Assembly: GCF_001194135.2 (NCBI RefSeq)
Contig: NC_068982.1
Location: forward strand, 60,473,747 to 60,537,746
Length of the DNA: 64,000 nucleotides
DNA from: Octopus bimaculoides
Lineage: Eukaryota
Reading direction: 5' to 3'
Below, piece by piece: positions 38,674 through 51,740 of the stretch. Position 1 is the stretch's first letter. Each line of letters opens with the position of its first letter. Under the pieces are notes generated by a model. It was not told the origin of the DNA and ran no database searches. It worked only from the letters and a program-made list of their open reading frames with translations. The position numbers were made by a program, and so were the translations under genes.

Positions 38674-41332
38674 GCAAAACCATCTTTACATTGATTTCAG
38701 GATGGAAACTATCAACTTTGGCTATAAATAAAACTCAAATATATTTATATACATATATACTTAGTTAAAAACACTGATTTATTTTGGATAACTGAAGTTA
38801 GTTAACATCAAATGAAACCAAAATGTTCTTTCTCTTTCAGGCACCAAGTTATCCAACATCAGTAAACTGAGATAGAATAGACCCTTAAAACAAGGAATGC
38901 CTAAATACAGCCTAGAAGTTATGTATGTGTGTGAGCAGATTATCTCAGACGAATGAACAATGCTTGAATGTTTGTTATATTTGGTTTTTAGAAGAGGTCA
39001 ACAGCTGACCAAGGAAATGGCAACCCAGTATTTATATTTGGTTATGTAGTTGTTTCAAAATTTGTTAGTTTTACCATTTGTCCAGAGTGATTGTATTACT
39101 CATGTGTAGGGAGGATCTAGTATTGTGTATCAAATTCCAAAAGGTATGCGTAGTCCCTGGATTTTCTTTCATGTTATTTCAAAAGATCAAGCTGTCAAAC
39201 GGTCACTGCAAGACATTTCAGGCATTTCTTTTGAAATAGGGTGTGCAGACCTGGTGAAATGTGCTGAATTTGTGTAGAGACAAAGCCTCCTCTGTATGAA
39301 AGATAAGGAAGAAGTATTGAGAGGTGCCATTAGTGTAAAGGTAAACAAATCATTGATGTAAAAATAAGAAGATTTCCAATTTATCAAGGAAACTGAGATA
39401 TTTAATATGGACTTATCTCTGTTATCTGTTCTCTTGTTTCTTCACATTAAAACAAAACATGAAGTGATATCTTCTGAACACTAAGGCATGATCAATAGCA
39501 ACAGACATCTGAGTGAAATATTTCATTATTTCATTATATGCTGTGATATAACTGATATAAAATCTCAAGGATATAAATCTGTATTTTGATTGTTATTCAC
39601 CATTGTAGCCATTTTGTTTAATGTTGTAACTGGTCTTGAGAAAGCTAAGGATATTTCACTCACCTTCAGTAAAACTGAAGATAGAAGAGTTAAGCATGAA
39701 GTACTATTTACACAAATAGAAAAATACTTGCATATATATGTAGATATGAGTGCACATGTCAATGCATGTGTGCATTTTAATTAGTGGAGGGACAACTGAC
39801 TGTGATTTCTTTATTACAGTAATACTGATGTTCATAATCAAATGTAGAGCCATGTCTTACAGTTGTATTAAAAATGAAAGATCTAAACCAGTGGTTCATA
39901 ATTATCATCATCCTTTAATGTCAGTTGTCTATGCAGGCATAAGTTGAAAAGTTTGACCAGAGATGACAAGTCAGAGAACTTCATCAGGCTCTAGTCTGAT
40001 TTGGCATGGTTTCTATGGCTGGATGCCCTTCCAAATGCTAACCACTGTGCTGGGTGCTTTTATGTGGCACCAATATTTACATGGCAACAATATGTGTGCT
40101 ATTCACATGTCACTGGCACAGGATTCTTACAAGGAAATCCTCTTCACCAGGGGGAGTGGCCTTAACACTTCTGCTGTGGAGTATAGGTCTTCTTGAGTAC
40201 AGCAAGGTGATAGGTATCTCAGTCCTTTGTCATCTCGTCTGAACGGTTCAGCATCCTGAGGTCATCCTTCAGTACTGTGTCCCATGTCTTCCTGGTTCTC
40301 AACCATTTTTTACTGATGGACTCCTTTGATTAATATTCTGTTATGGTGACACCCATTGCCATTCGATGTTTCAAAACTGATTTTATAGATACCTCTTTGA
40401 AAATTCCCACTTTGTTATTCACACATTAACTTATGTAGGTTGGATTATGTAAAATGTTTGAGAAAGAAATTTAGCTGTTTCTTGCAAGAAATACATTTAA
40501 ATCAACATTTTTTCATGACCCCTTAATATACTACTGTGGATCTCCAATCAACTATTTTGCTTGCGTGCCCCCCCCCCCTCCAAATCTTATATGGAATCCC
40601 CCAGCCCCTAGTGTCAAATGGACCCCAGTTTAACCCATTTATGTAAAAGGCCAACAATTGCTGTAGACTGAAACAGTTAAAATTCAGCAGGAGTTAATTT
40701 CTATACAGGCAGCTTTAAAAACACAAAAAAGAACAATACTCATTAATTAAACATTGCTGTTGGCTTTATATGAGTGAGGAGTGTACCCTTGGTAACTAAC
40801 TTCAGGTCTGGTAAACAGAAATGAGAAATCAGTGTCACAAATCAAGACATAGGGCAAGCATCATAATGAGATGTGAATTCATAGCCTGTAAACTCTAAGA
40901 CTATGTCTTCAAGCATATTCCTGTGTTTGTCTATGTGTGTGCACATGAGAGCCTACATGGCCATGTATGTATGCATCTGTCTGAATGAGTATAAGTGTGT
41001 GTGTTGTGTGTGTGTATGTGTGTGTGTTTGTCTGTCTATCTGCATAAGTATAAATATGTGTGAGAGAGTGTATCTGTATTTGTAAGTGTAAGTAGAAATG
41101 TGATTATATGAGCACATATCTGATGTCTGTTTGAATATAAATGTGTATGAGTATATGTACATTCCTGCATTAATGTGTTTGTGTGTGTGTGTGTGCATGT
41201 GTGTGTGTGTACATGAATATGTGTTTATGTATGTATGTGTGTAATAGAAGACATATTTAATTAACACCGAGTAAGGTGCTGTTATGTTAAACTGTCAAAA
41301 ATAAGATATATTACATCATCATAAGTAGTACT

Positions 41333-41554
41333 TTAATTTTTTTTTTCATATGGATATGGGTTGGATAGGTCTGCAGTAGAATTTAAATGTTCGTGCTTTT
41401 CTGTTGCATCGTATACGACACCCAACATCTCCAAACTTTTTCTTATATCTTCATTGATTTTCTTTTCCTTCTGATAATGTTTTCCACTGTCAGCATACAG
41501 AATGGTTTCATAATTTTGAGAAATTGCAACCAATTCAGGATTATTATAAAGTCC
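41333..41554 (-). CDS. Protein-like open frame of unknown identity (GLYNNPELVAISQNYETILYADSGKHYQKEKKINEDIRKSLEMLGVVYDATEKHEHLNSTADLSNPYPYEKKN)
   Basis: 73 open codons with G-rich first positions and ordinary globular composition in non-repetitive DNA; aligned + frame is closed; splice boundaries unresolved. Confidence 0.4.
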   Translation of the reverse strand, partial: GLYNNPELVAISQNYETILYADSGKHYQKEKKINEDIRKSLEMLGVVYDATEKHEHLNSTADLSNPYPYEKKN

Positions 41555-41844
41555 TCATGCAATTTTAAATTTTACAAATCTAGAATTATACAAGAATTTC
41601 ATAATGACCTAATATGTTCAAAACACAGGTAGGCGTTTTCATGAAATTAACACATTTTAGGTACATTAATTCAAAAATTGTCTTTTATAGCACTCTATCC
41701 TAGCTACTTTTGAGAGTATATATTCATATAATGAGAATATTAATGGTTCATAGGAATAGTATACTTGGAATACAGTCTAAGCAAGCCTGCAGATCAGTAG
41801 TGGCATCTTAACATATAGAAAAGGTCAAAAAGAAACAAGATAAA

Positions 41845-42160
41845 AGGTAAAGAACCCCTTTGGTCATGAATGACCTTGGGATTGTGTCTAGAAAGTTACT
41901 CTCCAAGGCACGAGTCCAGGCAAGATTGTTTATGGAAGATCAGAAGTGTCCCTCTTCGTGCTATCAATGTTATCCAAGGCAAAGGCTGATACAGCTTGAC
42001 TCCAATGACATCACAACTCATTTCTACAGCTGAGTGATCTGAGGCAATATGAAATAAAGCGTCTTGCTCAAGAACACAGCACACAGGCTGGTCTGGGAAT
42101 CAAGCTCACTACCTCATGATTGCAAACCCAATGCTCTAACCACTGAGCCTTGCACCTACA
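41845..42160 (-). mobile_element. tRNA-derived SINE
   Basis: Head AATATGAAATAAAGCGTCTTGCTCAAGAACAC...CTCTAACCACTGAGCC with a distinct 3' body. Confidence 0.7.
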
Positions 42161-42619
42161 GAAAGAGACAGAGAGAGGAAGAAATGAGGACGGATAGAAA
42201 TCAGCACAGCATCATTATCATTTAACATCCATTTTTCCATGCTTGTATGAGTCAGGTAGAATTTTGTTGAAGGTAGATTTTCTATGGCCAGATGCCCTTC
42301 ATGTCACCAACCTTTACCTGTTCCCAAACAAGACATGTTTCCCAGACAAAAAATGAACAACACTGCTTGTATGACAATGATGTTTACTTCCAGCCACCAC
42401 ATAATGTCAACACAAGGGTACACACACACACACACACGTGCGCACGCACGCACACACACACACACGAACACACACACATGCACACACACACACACACACA
42501 CAATACTAATAATACAAGATAATGATAATAATAATAATACAAAATCTGTACTCCTGTTTAATAGTATGAACATCATCTTGAGTCAGTCAGTGTAGGTAAA
42601 AATGTTACTATCCTGTGAG

Positions 42620-43110
42620 ATTTTCCAGTCAACACTGACTGATCCAGGCTTATTAAAGACAGGGAAGAAAATATTAGTAGACTAATAGATATAAGTGTTC
42701 CCACTGGTAAAAAATATATTTGTAAAGGAATTTGACAAATTAAGTAAATATAAGGACCTGGAAATTGAAATACAAAAGATGTGGCATCTTAAAGCGAAAA
42801 CTGTTTCTGTTATTGTAGGTGCCCTAAGTATGATAAAAAAGAGACGTCAGAAAATCTAGATGAGATCCCTGGAGAACAATGTCTCAGAAAAATCCCAAAG
42901 ATTGTGCTGACAAGTACTGCCCACATCCTGAGAAAAACCCTATCCATTTAAATGTATATGTTGTATTACATGAAGATATTTCACTACTGCCCCTGCCACC
43001 TCTCCTCCTCATGCTTTCAGTCATACTATAACATCTCTTATCCTTCACTTGCTCTAGGACACTGGGTGTGTCTCAGCAAGTGATTGTAACAAACATGCAG
43101 ATTAAAAGTA

Positions 43111-43160
<50 letters not shown>
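42620..43160 (+). mobile_element. R4/Dong-like RLE non-LTR retrotransposon 3' end
   Basis: LIKDREENISRLIDISVP...KEFDKLSKYKDLEIEIQKMWHLKAKTVSVIVGALSMIKK...DEIPGEQCLRKIPKIVLTSTAHILRKTLSI*, then 3' UTR and (TAA)n tail at ~43110-43157. Confidence 0.85.
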
Positions 43161-43610
43161 CAACAACAAACAGGGCTAATGAATAGAAATTTATTGTTTG
43201 TTCAAATAAATCTAAAATGAATAAAAGAGAGAGAGAGAGAGAGAGTATCTATTTGTTTAATCAATTAGTTTTTTTTTATTATTATTGTTGTTTATATGCT
43301 TAATATTTGATCAAATATATATTTTATTAAATGTAAAATGTTTCAGAATTCTTGCACATACAATCAATAATATTCGGAATGAAATTATCATATATTCTGT
43401 TGAGAAACATCTTTACAACTCACACTGCTGTGGTGATAGTGATTTACTATTTTCTTTAGCTAAACTACCAGCCATCATTGACTGAACTCAACTAACTCTG
43501 AACATGTCATATCTATAAAACCAAGCAATAAAAATACACTTCTGAATCAATGACTCACAAGGAGTTGGGAATTACTGACCTAAGATTGTCATATTTAGCA
43601 TATAACTTAC

Positions 43611-43641
43611 AAGATGGAGGAGCCAACAGGTCCACTGTTGC
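43611..43641 (-). other. 31-nt candidate exon of the leftward transcript, coding or UTR
   Basis: Very strong acceptor ((CT)n T14 GCTTTAAG) and perfect GTAAGT donor; all three frames open (ATVDLLAPPS / QQWTCWLLHL / NSGPVGSSI). Confidence 0.5.
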
Positions 43642-43899
43642 CTTAAAGCAAAAAAAAAAAAAAAGAGAGAGAGAGAGAGAGAGAGCTCATCATTTTAAAA
43701 TGTATGGTAAATTTCAAGTGAAATGGCTTTATTTTGGAAATGTGTTTAATGGTGATGAATAACAAAAAAATGTCTTTCTTAATTACATGTTTGGCATAAA
43801 TGTGCAATAAAAATCAGTTTCAAGATCATCAAAAGAGTAGGGTTTTTTGTACTTTTTCTATATAATATATATATGGACATTCATTATTTCTCCCTAATT

Positions 43900-44035
43900 C
43901 AGTGAATCATCATCATCATCAATATCGTTGCCATCATCATTATCCTCCTCATCATCATCATCGCTGTTGTCGTCATCATCATCATCGTTGTTGTCACCAT
44001 CATCATCACCATCACTGTCGTCATCATCGTCATTT
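43900..44035. repeat. Imperfect (CAT)/(CGT) triplet tract
   Basis: Direct inspection. Confidence 0.9.
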
Positions 44036-44339
44036 CTATGTCTCGTTTCCCATTCAAACATGGGTTACATATAACTTCTTACAACAGTATTCTACCGTCT
44101 GTGATGCCATTCTCAATGCCAATCCATACTTGTAAGAGAAGTAAGTGACATTATTCCATGATTTTGCACATCAAATAACTTTCAAGCTGCCAGACATTTT
44201 GTCTGTGTGGGATACAAGGAATGTGTCAATGTAAAAGCATATGGGTCCAAACACACATACATACATGCTCTACACATGCACGATGATGATTGCCTTGTTT
44301 TGTTGGATGAAAGCTGTCACACATTCATCCTGATTCTTC

Positions 44340-44830
44340 TGATTTACTTTCATCCATGCATAGATGTCTTGCAAACAACTCGCACATGCAAGTGCTACCA
44401 GTCGAGAACTCCGCATACCGGAAGCCAGCAAGTGTATGGGGTCATCAGGAGAGAATGCGCGCCGTTTCGGGGTCTACCTCTCGACGGCATCAATGCGCAA
44501 TGGCCTCCGCTCACTGATATGAGGTCCCGCTTGCTAGATCAACTGGTTATTAAAAACAAAGCTCAATATTTCTCTAGCCATCGCTCATCATCTCTTTTTA
44601 ACCAAATCCAGTGGCTAGCCTTCTCCACTGTATTTTGGATATCACTCATGGTGGTATTTACCTTATGATGAGTTAGGCCTAACGATAACAGCAGTCGTCT
44701 CACATTGTGTCCTACAAACCCTCCACATCCAACTTCGATTGGAAAATGCTCCGCTTTCCAACCTGCGTCTTCACATTTCTCGAGGAGGTTTACATAACAT
44801 GAGATATGACTTTACAAATCCATCACTGTA
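44340..44830 (-). mobile_element. Hero/NeSL-like RLE non-LTR retrotransposon 3' end
   Basis: - strand YVNLLEKCEDAGWKAEHFPIEVGCGGFVGHNVRRLLLSLGL...IQNTVEKASHWIWLKRDDERWLEKY* (stop 44563-44565) matches the KY..L...GW....P.EVG.RG...S.WIW.KR RLE C-terminus; CpG-rich 3' UTR. Clade assigned from memory. Confidence 0.8.
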
Positions 44831-44939
44831 GAACTTTTATAAAATACAAAATGGATTAAGACATAAAATGATAGCAAGACATCTGCACGTCACTGGATTT
44901 AAGTGACAAAAGCTTGTATAACATTTTTGACACTCTCTC

Positions 44940-45172
44940 ATTTCTTTACTGCCTACAAGGGGCTACACACAGAGGGGACAAACAAGGACAGACAAACAGA
45001 TTAAGTCGATTATATTGACCCCAGTACGTAACTGGTATTTATTTAATTGACCCCGAAAGGATGAAAGGCAAAGTCGACCTCGGCGGAATTTGAACTCAGA
45101 ACGTAGCGGCAGACGAAATACTGCTATGCATTTCGCCCGGCGTGCTAACGTTTCTGCCAAGCTCGCCGCCTT
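44940..45172 (-). mobile_element. Young full-length SINE with 16-bp target-site duplication
   Basis: TTTTTGACACTCTCTC at both 44924-44939 and 45173-45188; CpGs retained, unlike other copies. Confidence 0.9.
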
Positions 45173-45999
45173 TTTTTGACACTCTCTCGGTCAGCATAGC
45201 AGGTTCCAGTCACAAGCATTACAAGTTGTGTAATATTATGTTGACTTCAAGTTTTATGTCAAAGAAGGCAGCCCTTCTAGGAGAAAGATACACATACACA
45301 TGTACACGCATATATAATAATAATAAATATTTCTTTCTTGAGCCATGCCAGACACATGAGGGCCGGTTTCCCGATCTCAATGGCATATCTATTCCCCACA
45401 TGGATGGGATGCCAGTCCATCATCAGATTACTAATTTTTTCCAGCTAAGTGGACTGGAGCAATGTGAAATGAAGTGTTTTGCTCAAGAACATAATGCATC
45501 ACTCGGTCCAGGAATCAAAACCACAATCTTACGATCATGAGTCCAACACCCCAACCACTAAGCTACATGCATCCACTACATGTATATGGGATGTAGATTG
45601 GATTATAATCAAAATTGTCCTCATGAAGCACATCTGCTCATTTCAGTACTTCAGTAGCTGTTATATTTGTGTGAAGCATGCATAAGAGTTGAAAAATACT
45701 GGAAAATAACCTTTGCAGAATAATTAATCAAAACAGAGACTGGAAAATTTTCCATAGCATTATTTATTCTTCATTACATGTGTTTCATTTCCCAGTGGAA
45801 GTTATAAAGGTGTTCATGTAGATAAAAACATGTATAACATCTCCTATTAGAAATTCATCAGACAGAGAATCAGAATAATAATTATTTGATTCTCTGTCTG
45901 ACAAATTTCTAATAGAAGATATCTTACCTAATTTTTCTACATGTACATCTTTATAACTCCCATTAGGAAATGAAATACATGTATATACATATATGTCAT

Positions 46000-46395
46000 C
46001 ATCATCACCATCATTGTTTGATGTCCATTTTCCATACTGGCATAGGTTGGATGGTTTGACTAGAGATGGTAAGGCCAGAGGCCACACCAGGTTCCATATT
46101 CTGTTCTGGCATAGTTTCTACAGCTGGATGCCCTTCCTAACACTGCTCCATAGAGTGTACTGGGTGCTTTTTATGTGACACCAGCACCAATATTTTTAAC
46201 ATGGTGCACATGTATGTATATATATATACAAAACGGACTTAAGTACAGTTTCCATCTACCAAGTATCATTCACAAGGTATTCGTTAATCTCACACTACAG
46301 TAGAAGACACTTACCCAAAATGTCAACCACAGCATCAAACTCAAAACCATATGGTTACAGAATCAGCTTCTTAGCCACTTTACCATGCCTGCACC
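46000..46395 (-). mobile_element. Two adjacent SINE fragments
   Basis: GGATGCCCTTCCTAACAC domain followed by a CATCTACCAAG...TAGTAGAAGACACTTACCC head. Confidence 0.75.
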
Positions 46396-46649
46396 TGTTT
46401 TAATAATTCTATTAAATCTCTTTTTGTACTGAGGATTTTATTTACCTTTTTAAATTTAATCCTTTACATGCTAAGAGCCTCAGTGTTCAGTGGCTAGAAA
46501 GCCAATCAGTTGCAAGACATTCATTCCCATTTCTCACGCAAAAAAATTAAGCATAATACTGCAAGTGAACAAAATCTTCTTACATTGGTCAGTATGTTCT
46601 ATTTTCCAAAGCAGTAAACTGTATTTCTTTGATTTACCCTCTTTACTTC

Positions 46650-46812
46650 TGAATGTAGATAGACCGTTAAGGACATCACATCATTTTATCAATTCTGAGA
46701 GGATGAAAGGCAAAGTCAACCTCAGTGGAATTTGAACTCAGAAAATAAAGGCAGGTGAAATGCTGCTAAGCATTTTGTCCAGTATGCTAATGATCCTGCC
46801 AGCTTGCAGCCT
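46650..46812 (-). mobile_element. SINE copy, second family
   Basis: GAGAGGATGAAAGGCAAAGTCAACCTCAGTGGAATTTGAACTCAG...CCTGCCAGCTTGCAGCC. Confidence 0.8.
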
Positions 46813-47039
46813 AATATGGTTTACTATATTAGCACAAGTACTTGACTGGATCTCAGAGTGATTTCAACTCATAAAACTAAATGTTACATGGTATTTTGTC
46901 TGACAGCGATGGGTGAATTCTTTAATTTCCTTTTGAATAAAGTCTTTAATTACTTTCATACAGTTATAATTCACCATTACCTTTCACCACCATCACTACA
47001 ATTACTATGACTGCTCTCATCAGTATTCATTATTAACAG

Positions 47040-47880
47040 TAAGGGGGTGAGCTGACAGAATCGTTAGAATGCTGGGTAAAATGCTCAGCAGCATTTCATC
47101 CATCTTTATGTTCTGAGTTCAAGTGCTGCTGAGATCAGCATGGTCTTTTATTTTTCTCAGGGTCACTAAAATAAGTACCAGTTGAGCACTGACATTGATG
47201 TAATTGACTTACCCCCACCCCTGAAATTACTGGGCTTTCATCAAAATCTGAAACCAATATTCACTATTAATAGCAGACAAAGGCAGCGAGCTGGCAGAAT
47301 CGTTAGCACACTGGACGAAATGTTTAGTGGTATTTCACCCATCACTACATTCTGAGTTCAAATTTTGCTGAAGTCAACTTTGCATTTCATCCTTTCAGGG
47401 TCAATATATTAAGTATCAGTTGAGTACTGGGGTCGATGTAATTGACTATCTCCCTCCCACAAATCTCAGGCCTTGTGCCTGTAGTAGTAAGTATTATTAA
47501 TAGCAGGCAGAATCATTATCATGCCAGGCAAAATGCTTAGCAACATTTCCTGTGTTTCGTCTGCCGCTACATTCTGAGTTCAAATTGTGTCGAGGTCGAC
47601 TTTGCCTTTCATCCTTTCTGGGTGGATTAAATAAGTACCAGTTACTCACTAGGATCGATGTAATTGATTTAATTCCCTCCCTCAAGCTGCCCTTGTGGCA
47701 AAAATTTGAAATCATCATTATTACTATCATTATTAGGGTGGTAGGCTGGCAGAATCATTAGCACGCCAGGTGAAATACTTAGTAGTATTTTGCCCATCAC
47801 TACATTCCGAGTTCAAATTCCATCATGGTCGACTTCACCTTTCATCCTTTCAGGCCTTATGCTTTTGGTAGAAAGGATTA
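47040..47880 (+). mobile_element. Four head-to-tail SINE copies, second family
   Basis: GCAGAATC(G/A)TTAGCAC-type heads at ~47050, 47290, 47505 and 47748, each followed by CATTCTGAGTTCAAATT and CCTTTCATCCTTTC. Confidence 0.85.
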
Positions 47881-48299
47881 TCATTACTATTATTAGTTTG
47901 TCCGTCATGGTTGACAATGACCCAGAACATCACACGGGGGGAAGAAGATGGGGTACAATGTGAACAGCTATGGCTAATAAGACCAATGCATGTGCTCAGA
48001 AGTTTCTGCCCCACACCAGGCACTGGTGGTCTGCTGGGATTACAGGTAAGAAGTTAGCCCTGGACTTGCACTGTTCACATTTTCTTAGTGCCTCTACAAT
48101 CCTTTACCATCTGTAGGAGGTGGCACATCTGTTGGTGCAGCTTCGTCAGGCAAAGCAGTCTTGTGCTTGTGTTCCCAGGTGTCAGGGTTAATCTCAAAGC
48201 CCCTCAGTAGGGCTTTATGTGGGGTGGATGGCAGAATCACTGGAGTACCACAATAAATGCTTTGTTGTAATTTTTTTCTCATATTGTGAACACAAATGG

Positions 48300-48330
<31 letters not shown>

Positions 48331-48691
48331 CTTACGTATGTATGTGTGTGTGTATGTATGTATGTATTTATTGCATGTATGTTTGTGTGTATATGTATAA
48401 TATGTATATGTATATATATATATATGCATATGTATATAATATATATACATACACACAAACATGCATTCATAGATATGTTTACAGTACATGTATGTATATA
48501 TATGTGTGTGTGTGTGTGAGAGTGTGTTTACATGTATATGTACATGTATATATATGTATATATACATATACGTGTATATATATATATATATATATGGGGG
48601 GGGATATATATTTTTATATATATATATGAGTGTGTGTGTATATACAGAAATTTTATGTATATGTACATAGTTGAAAAAGATTATAGATCTA

Positions 48692-48727
<36 letters not shown>

Positions 48728-48729
48728 CT

Positions 48730-48930
48730 GTTTCTCCCCACCATTGCTTGACAGTCAGTGTTAGTTTGTTTACGTCCCCCGTAAGTTAGCGGTTCAACAT
48801 AAAAGAACAATAAAATGAACACCACGCTTTAAAATAGCAAGTAGTGGGCTCGATTCGTTCGACTAAAACCCTGAAGGCCCCAGCATGGCCGCATTCCGGT
48901 ATTCAAATGACTGAAACGAACAGAAGAATA
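48730..48930 (+). mobile_element. SINE 3' half
   Basis: TTTACGTCCCCCGTAAGTTAGCGGTTC...GCATGGCCGC...CAAATGACTGAAAC; inverse of 7440-7640. Confidence 0.75.
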
Positions 48931-49187
48931 TATATATATATAGAGAGAGAGAGATAGATAGACAGACACACACACATCGTTTTTGACTAGAATTGTTATT
49001 TTTCATTTTCAAGTTCAATGTTTACTCAATAGTATTATTGTGTTTGTGTCTGTGTGCAAGTGTCTGCACATGCGGGCGCGTATGTGTCTGCATGTGCGTT
49101 CGCGTGCGCATGGACGTACACGCGTGCGTATGTGAGCGCGTTCGTGTGCGTGTGTGTGCGCGCGCGTATGTGTGTCCTTATCTCCCC

Positions 49188-49221
<34 letters not shown>

Positions 49222-51190
49222 GTTTCCTGCTTATGTAAGAAATCCTCGTTATTGTTATTGTCTGTCAGAGCGGCGGAATCAGAATCGGCAGATTGTCGGA
49301 CAATGACCCATTACGTTCTGAAATTCAACTTTAACCTAGGTTTACTTTACTTTTATCATATCGAGGTCGATAAAATACCCTATCAATTTAGTGTATAGTC
49401 GATGTAATCGACCGATCATTCAGCCCCTAAATTCCCTACCTTGAAATTATTATTATTATTATTATGGAATAATTATAAATAAATTATCAAATTCTTTTAT
49501 TGTTCCAGTGTCGAGAAAAAATAATTACCAGTCATCTACTTGTATCGATTTTAAAATGGCCTTGTGCCTATGTTCAAAATCAATATTATTATAATACGCT
49601 AATTTGAATCTTGAAATTATATTACTCAATGTTGTGGAGTAAACCTATGATTAAAAAAAAAATGTTCCATCATATTTAAGGTTGCACTATTATTCAGCGT
49701 GTTGTCCCTTCTTGTGAGGCGGCAAGGTGCGAGTTGGGGAAGATTTGGCTGCTATTTTTAGCCGATTGAGTGGCTCCCCTATGAGACTCCCTTGTTGTTG
49801 GTTGAATAATATCCAAGGTGGAACCAATTCATTTCTAAATACTGCCAGAGTTCTTGAGAAACATAGCACCATCGTCTCAATGTTTTAACCCCCACCTCGT
49901 AAATTTGAGGTGCCGCACGTTAAAATGAAGTAAACCATTGTAGATATAGTCAAAACATAACCACATAAATTGAAATAGCCGCCAAAGCCCCCTTAAATTA
50001 CACTCTACTACCTTGAAATAAAGAAGGCCACAATGAAAAATTAGTGCACGATATACTTAATAATAATAATAGTGATAAATACTGGAGGATCACGGCTGGA
50101 ATGCCTTTAATTATAAGGTCTGCCTGTTCAGGACTAACCTAGGGCTAAATACCAACGTTACAGTTACGAAACCAAATTTAATTTGAAGATTCCCTTTTAA
50201 ATGGAATGTTAATTATGACGCGGAAATTCCTTTCAAGTTTTGAGTAATTCCTCTGTGTTCGAGATACAATAAACAATTTCTTCCACGAGGAGTAAAAACA
50301 GCATGAGATGTGAAGATTGGACGGATAGAAAAGAAAAATGGTTGAGATTGTGTGGTCTTCATGCTTACATAAAAAATAAAATAAAAGGGGGTAATACGAT
50401 AAAATGGAATAGTTTACAACCGGGAATCGAAACTTGGTCGTAAACTCGCTTAAATGGTTTGAAATACTATATAATATGCAATAAACGATAATGACAGCCA
50501 TAAGAGTCAGGATATTTGAAGCAGACGATCTACTGTCAGGACAGAGCAGAAAAATCTTTCGAGCAGACGAACACACGTACAAAGTGATTTCTCCTCTATG
50601 ATAAACATTGAAGAGAGGGAGGGAAAAAAATGAAACAAATACTTTCACATTGTTTTGATATTGACTTTGGTAATAATAAACTCTTATGTTTCCTCGTGTC
50701 TACAAAATAAATAAATGTATATATAAATATATATAAAGATTCAGACACTCTGGTGCCCTGAAAGGTCAAAAGAAGAAAGCAATTCCTCCGTTCCAAAACT
50801 GATCCCCCATTTTGTAACAACAGACTATTGAGTCGCAAGAAACGAAATATTTAGTCGGTGAAACCTCAAAAAGTATATATGTATGTGCATGTGTGAGTTT
50901 ATACTTATGTAATATTTACGTATAACAAAACACGTTTAGTTTCATTTTTATTAAGATATAAACATATATATATATATATGAGCCAAAGTAGTCGCCGATC
51001 TATCGAAAAATAACAGCCGGATTGTCCACAAATCACACCTGCTCGCTCAAAATTAGAGAGAAAAACATATTATGTATTCCTAGATACAAGGTGGTCATGG
51101 GTGGAATGCTTTTGATCGTAATTCAGTTCGCTCCTGGTTCACCTTGGCTTCTTTATCTATCTATCTATCTGTCTGTATGTATGTATATCT

Positions 51191-51229
<39 letters not shown>

Positions 51230-51656
51230 GTGCATCTTCGAAAATGAATAAAACACAAAAACAAAAATATTGCTTAAGATACAAATTATTTAAGAAATAA
51301 AGCATAGTATGGAAATAATTAATTTAATTAACTGCCATATTATTTATTAGTTTATTAAAATCATATAAATTTTCGAATGTTTATAAGACATCTTAAAGCG
51401 AAAACCATAACAACATTATGAAGGTTGCCGGCAAAGACATGTTGCTATACTGGTATGTAAACATAAACAAACATTGCTTGGTCGTCCCGTTTGTACTCGT
51501 CTCCCTACAGTCGTTACAGCCACGAAAAGATCGTTTATTTCTATGAAAGAGGGAAATTTGATCATTTTAAAATATTACATTTCAGTACTGAAATTTGACT
51601 AGTTTATTATTTTGCTCCCTGCTTCGCTTGAATATCTCTTTCGCCGAATGACTTAC

Positions 51657-51740
51657 AAGTGTAGTCAACTCGCTTTTACACCAGCCGACAAGTCTTGCCG
51701 TAAACTGGCGTGCAACATGTTATAGAAACTTTTCTAGCTT
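51657..51740 (-). other. Candidate first (5' UTR) exon of a leftward transcript
   Basis: Perfect GTAAGT donor at 51651-51656 in CpG-rich DNA; contains a short ATG ORF (MLHASLRQDLSAGVKAS*); upstream boundary unknown. Confidence 0.4.

Noticed and set aside
44207-44668. 153-aa + strand ORF
   Set aside because: Antisense shadow of the Hero-like retrotransposon 3' end and UTR.
48094-48825. 243-aa ORF, the longest gap-free one in the track
   Set aside because: Almost entirely (TA)n/(CA)n/(TACA)n giving YI/HT repeats plus a SINE end.
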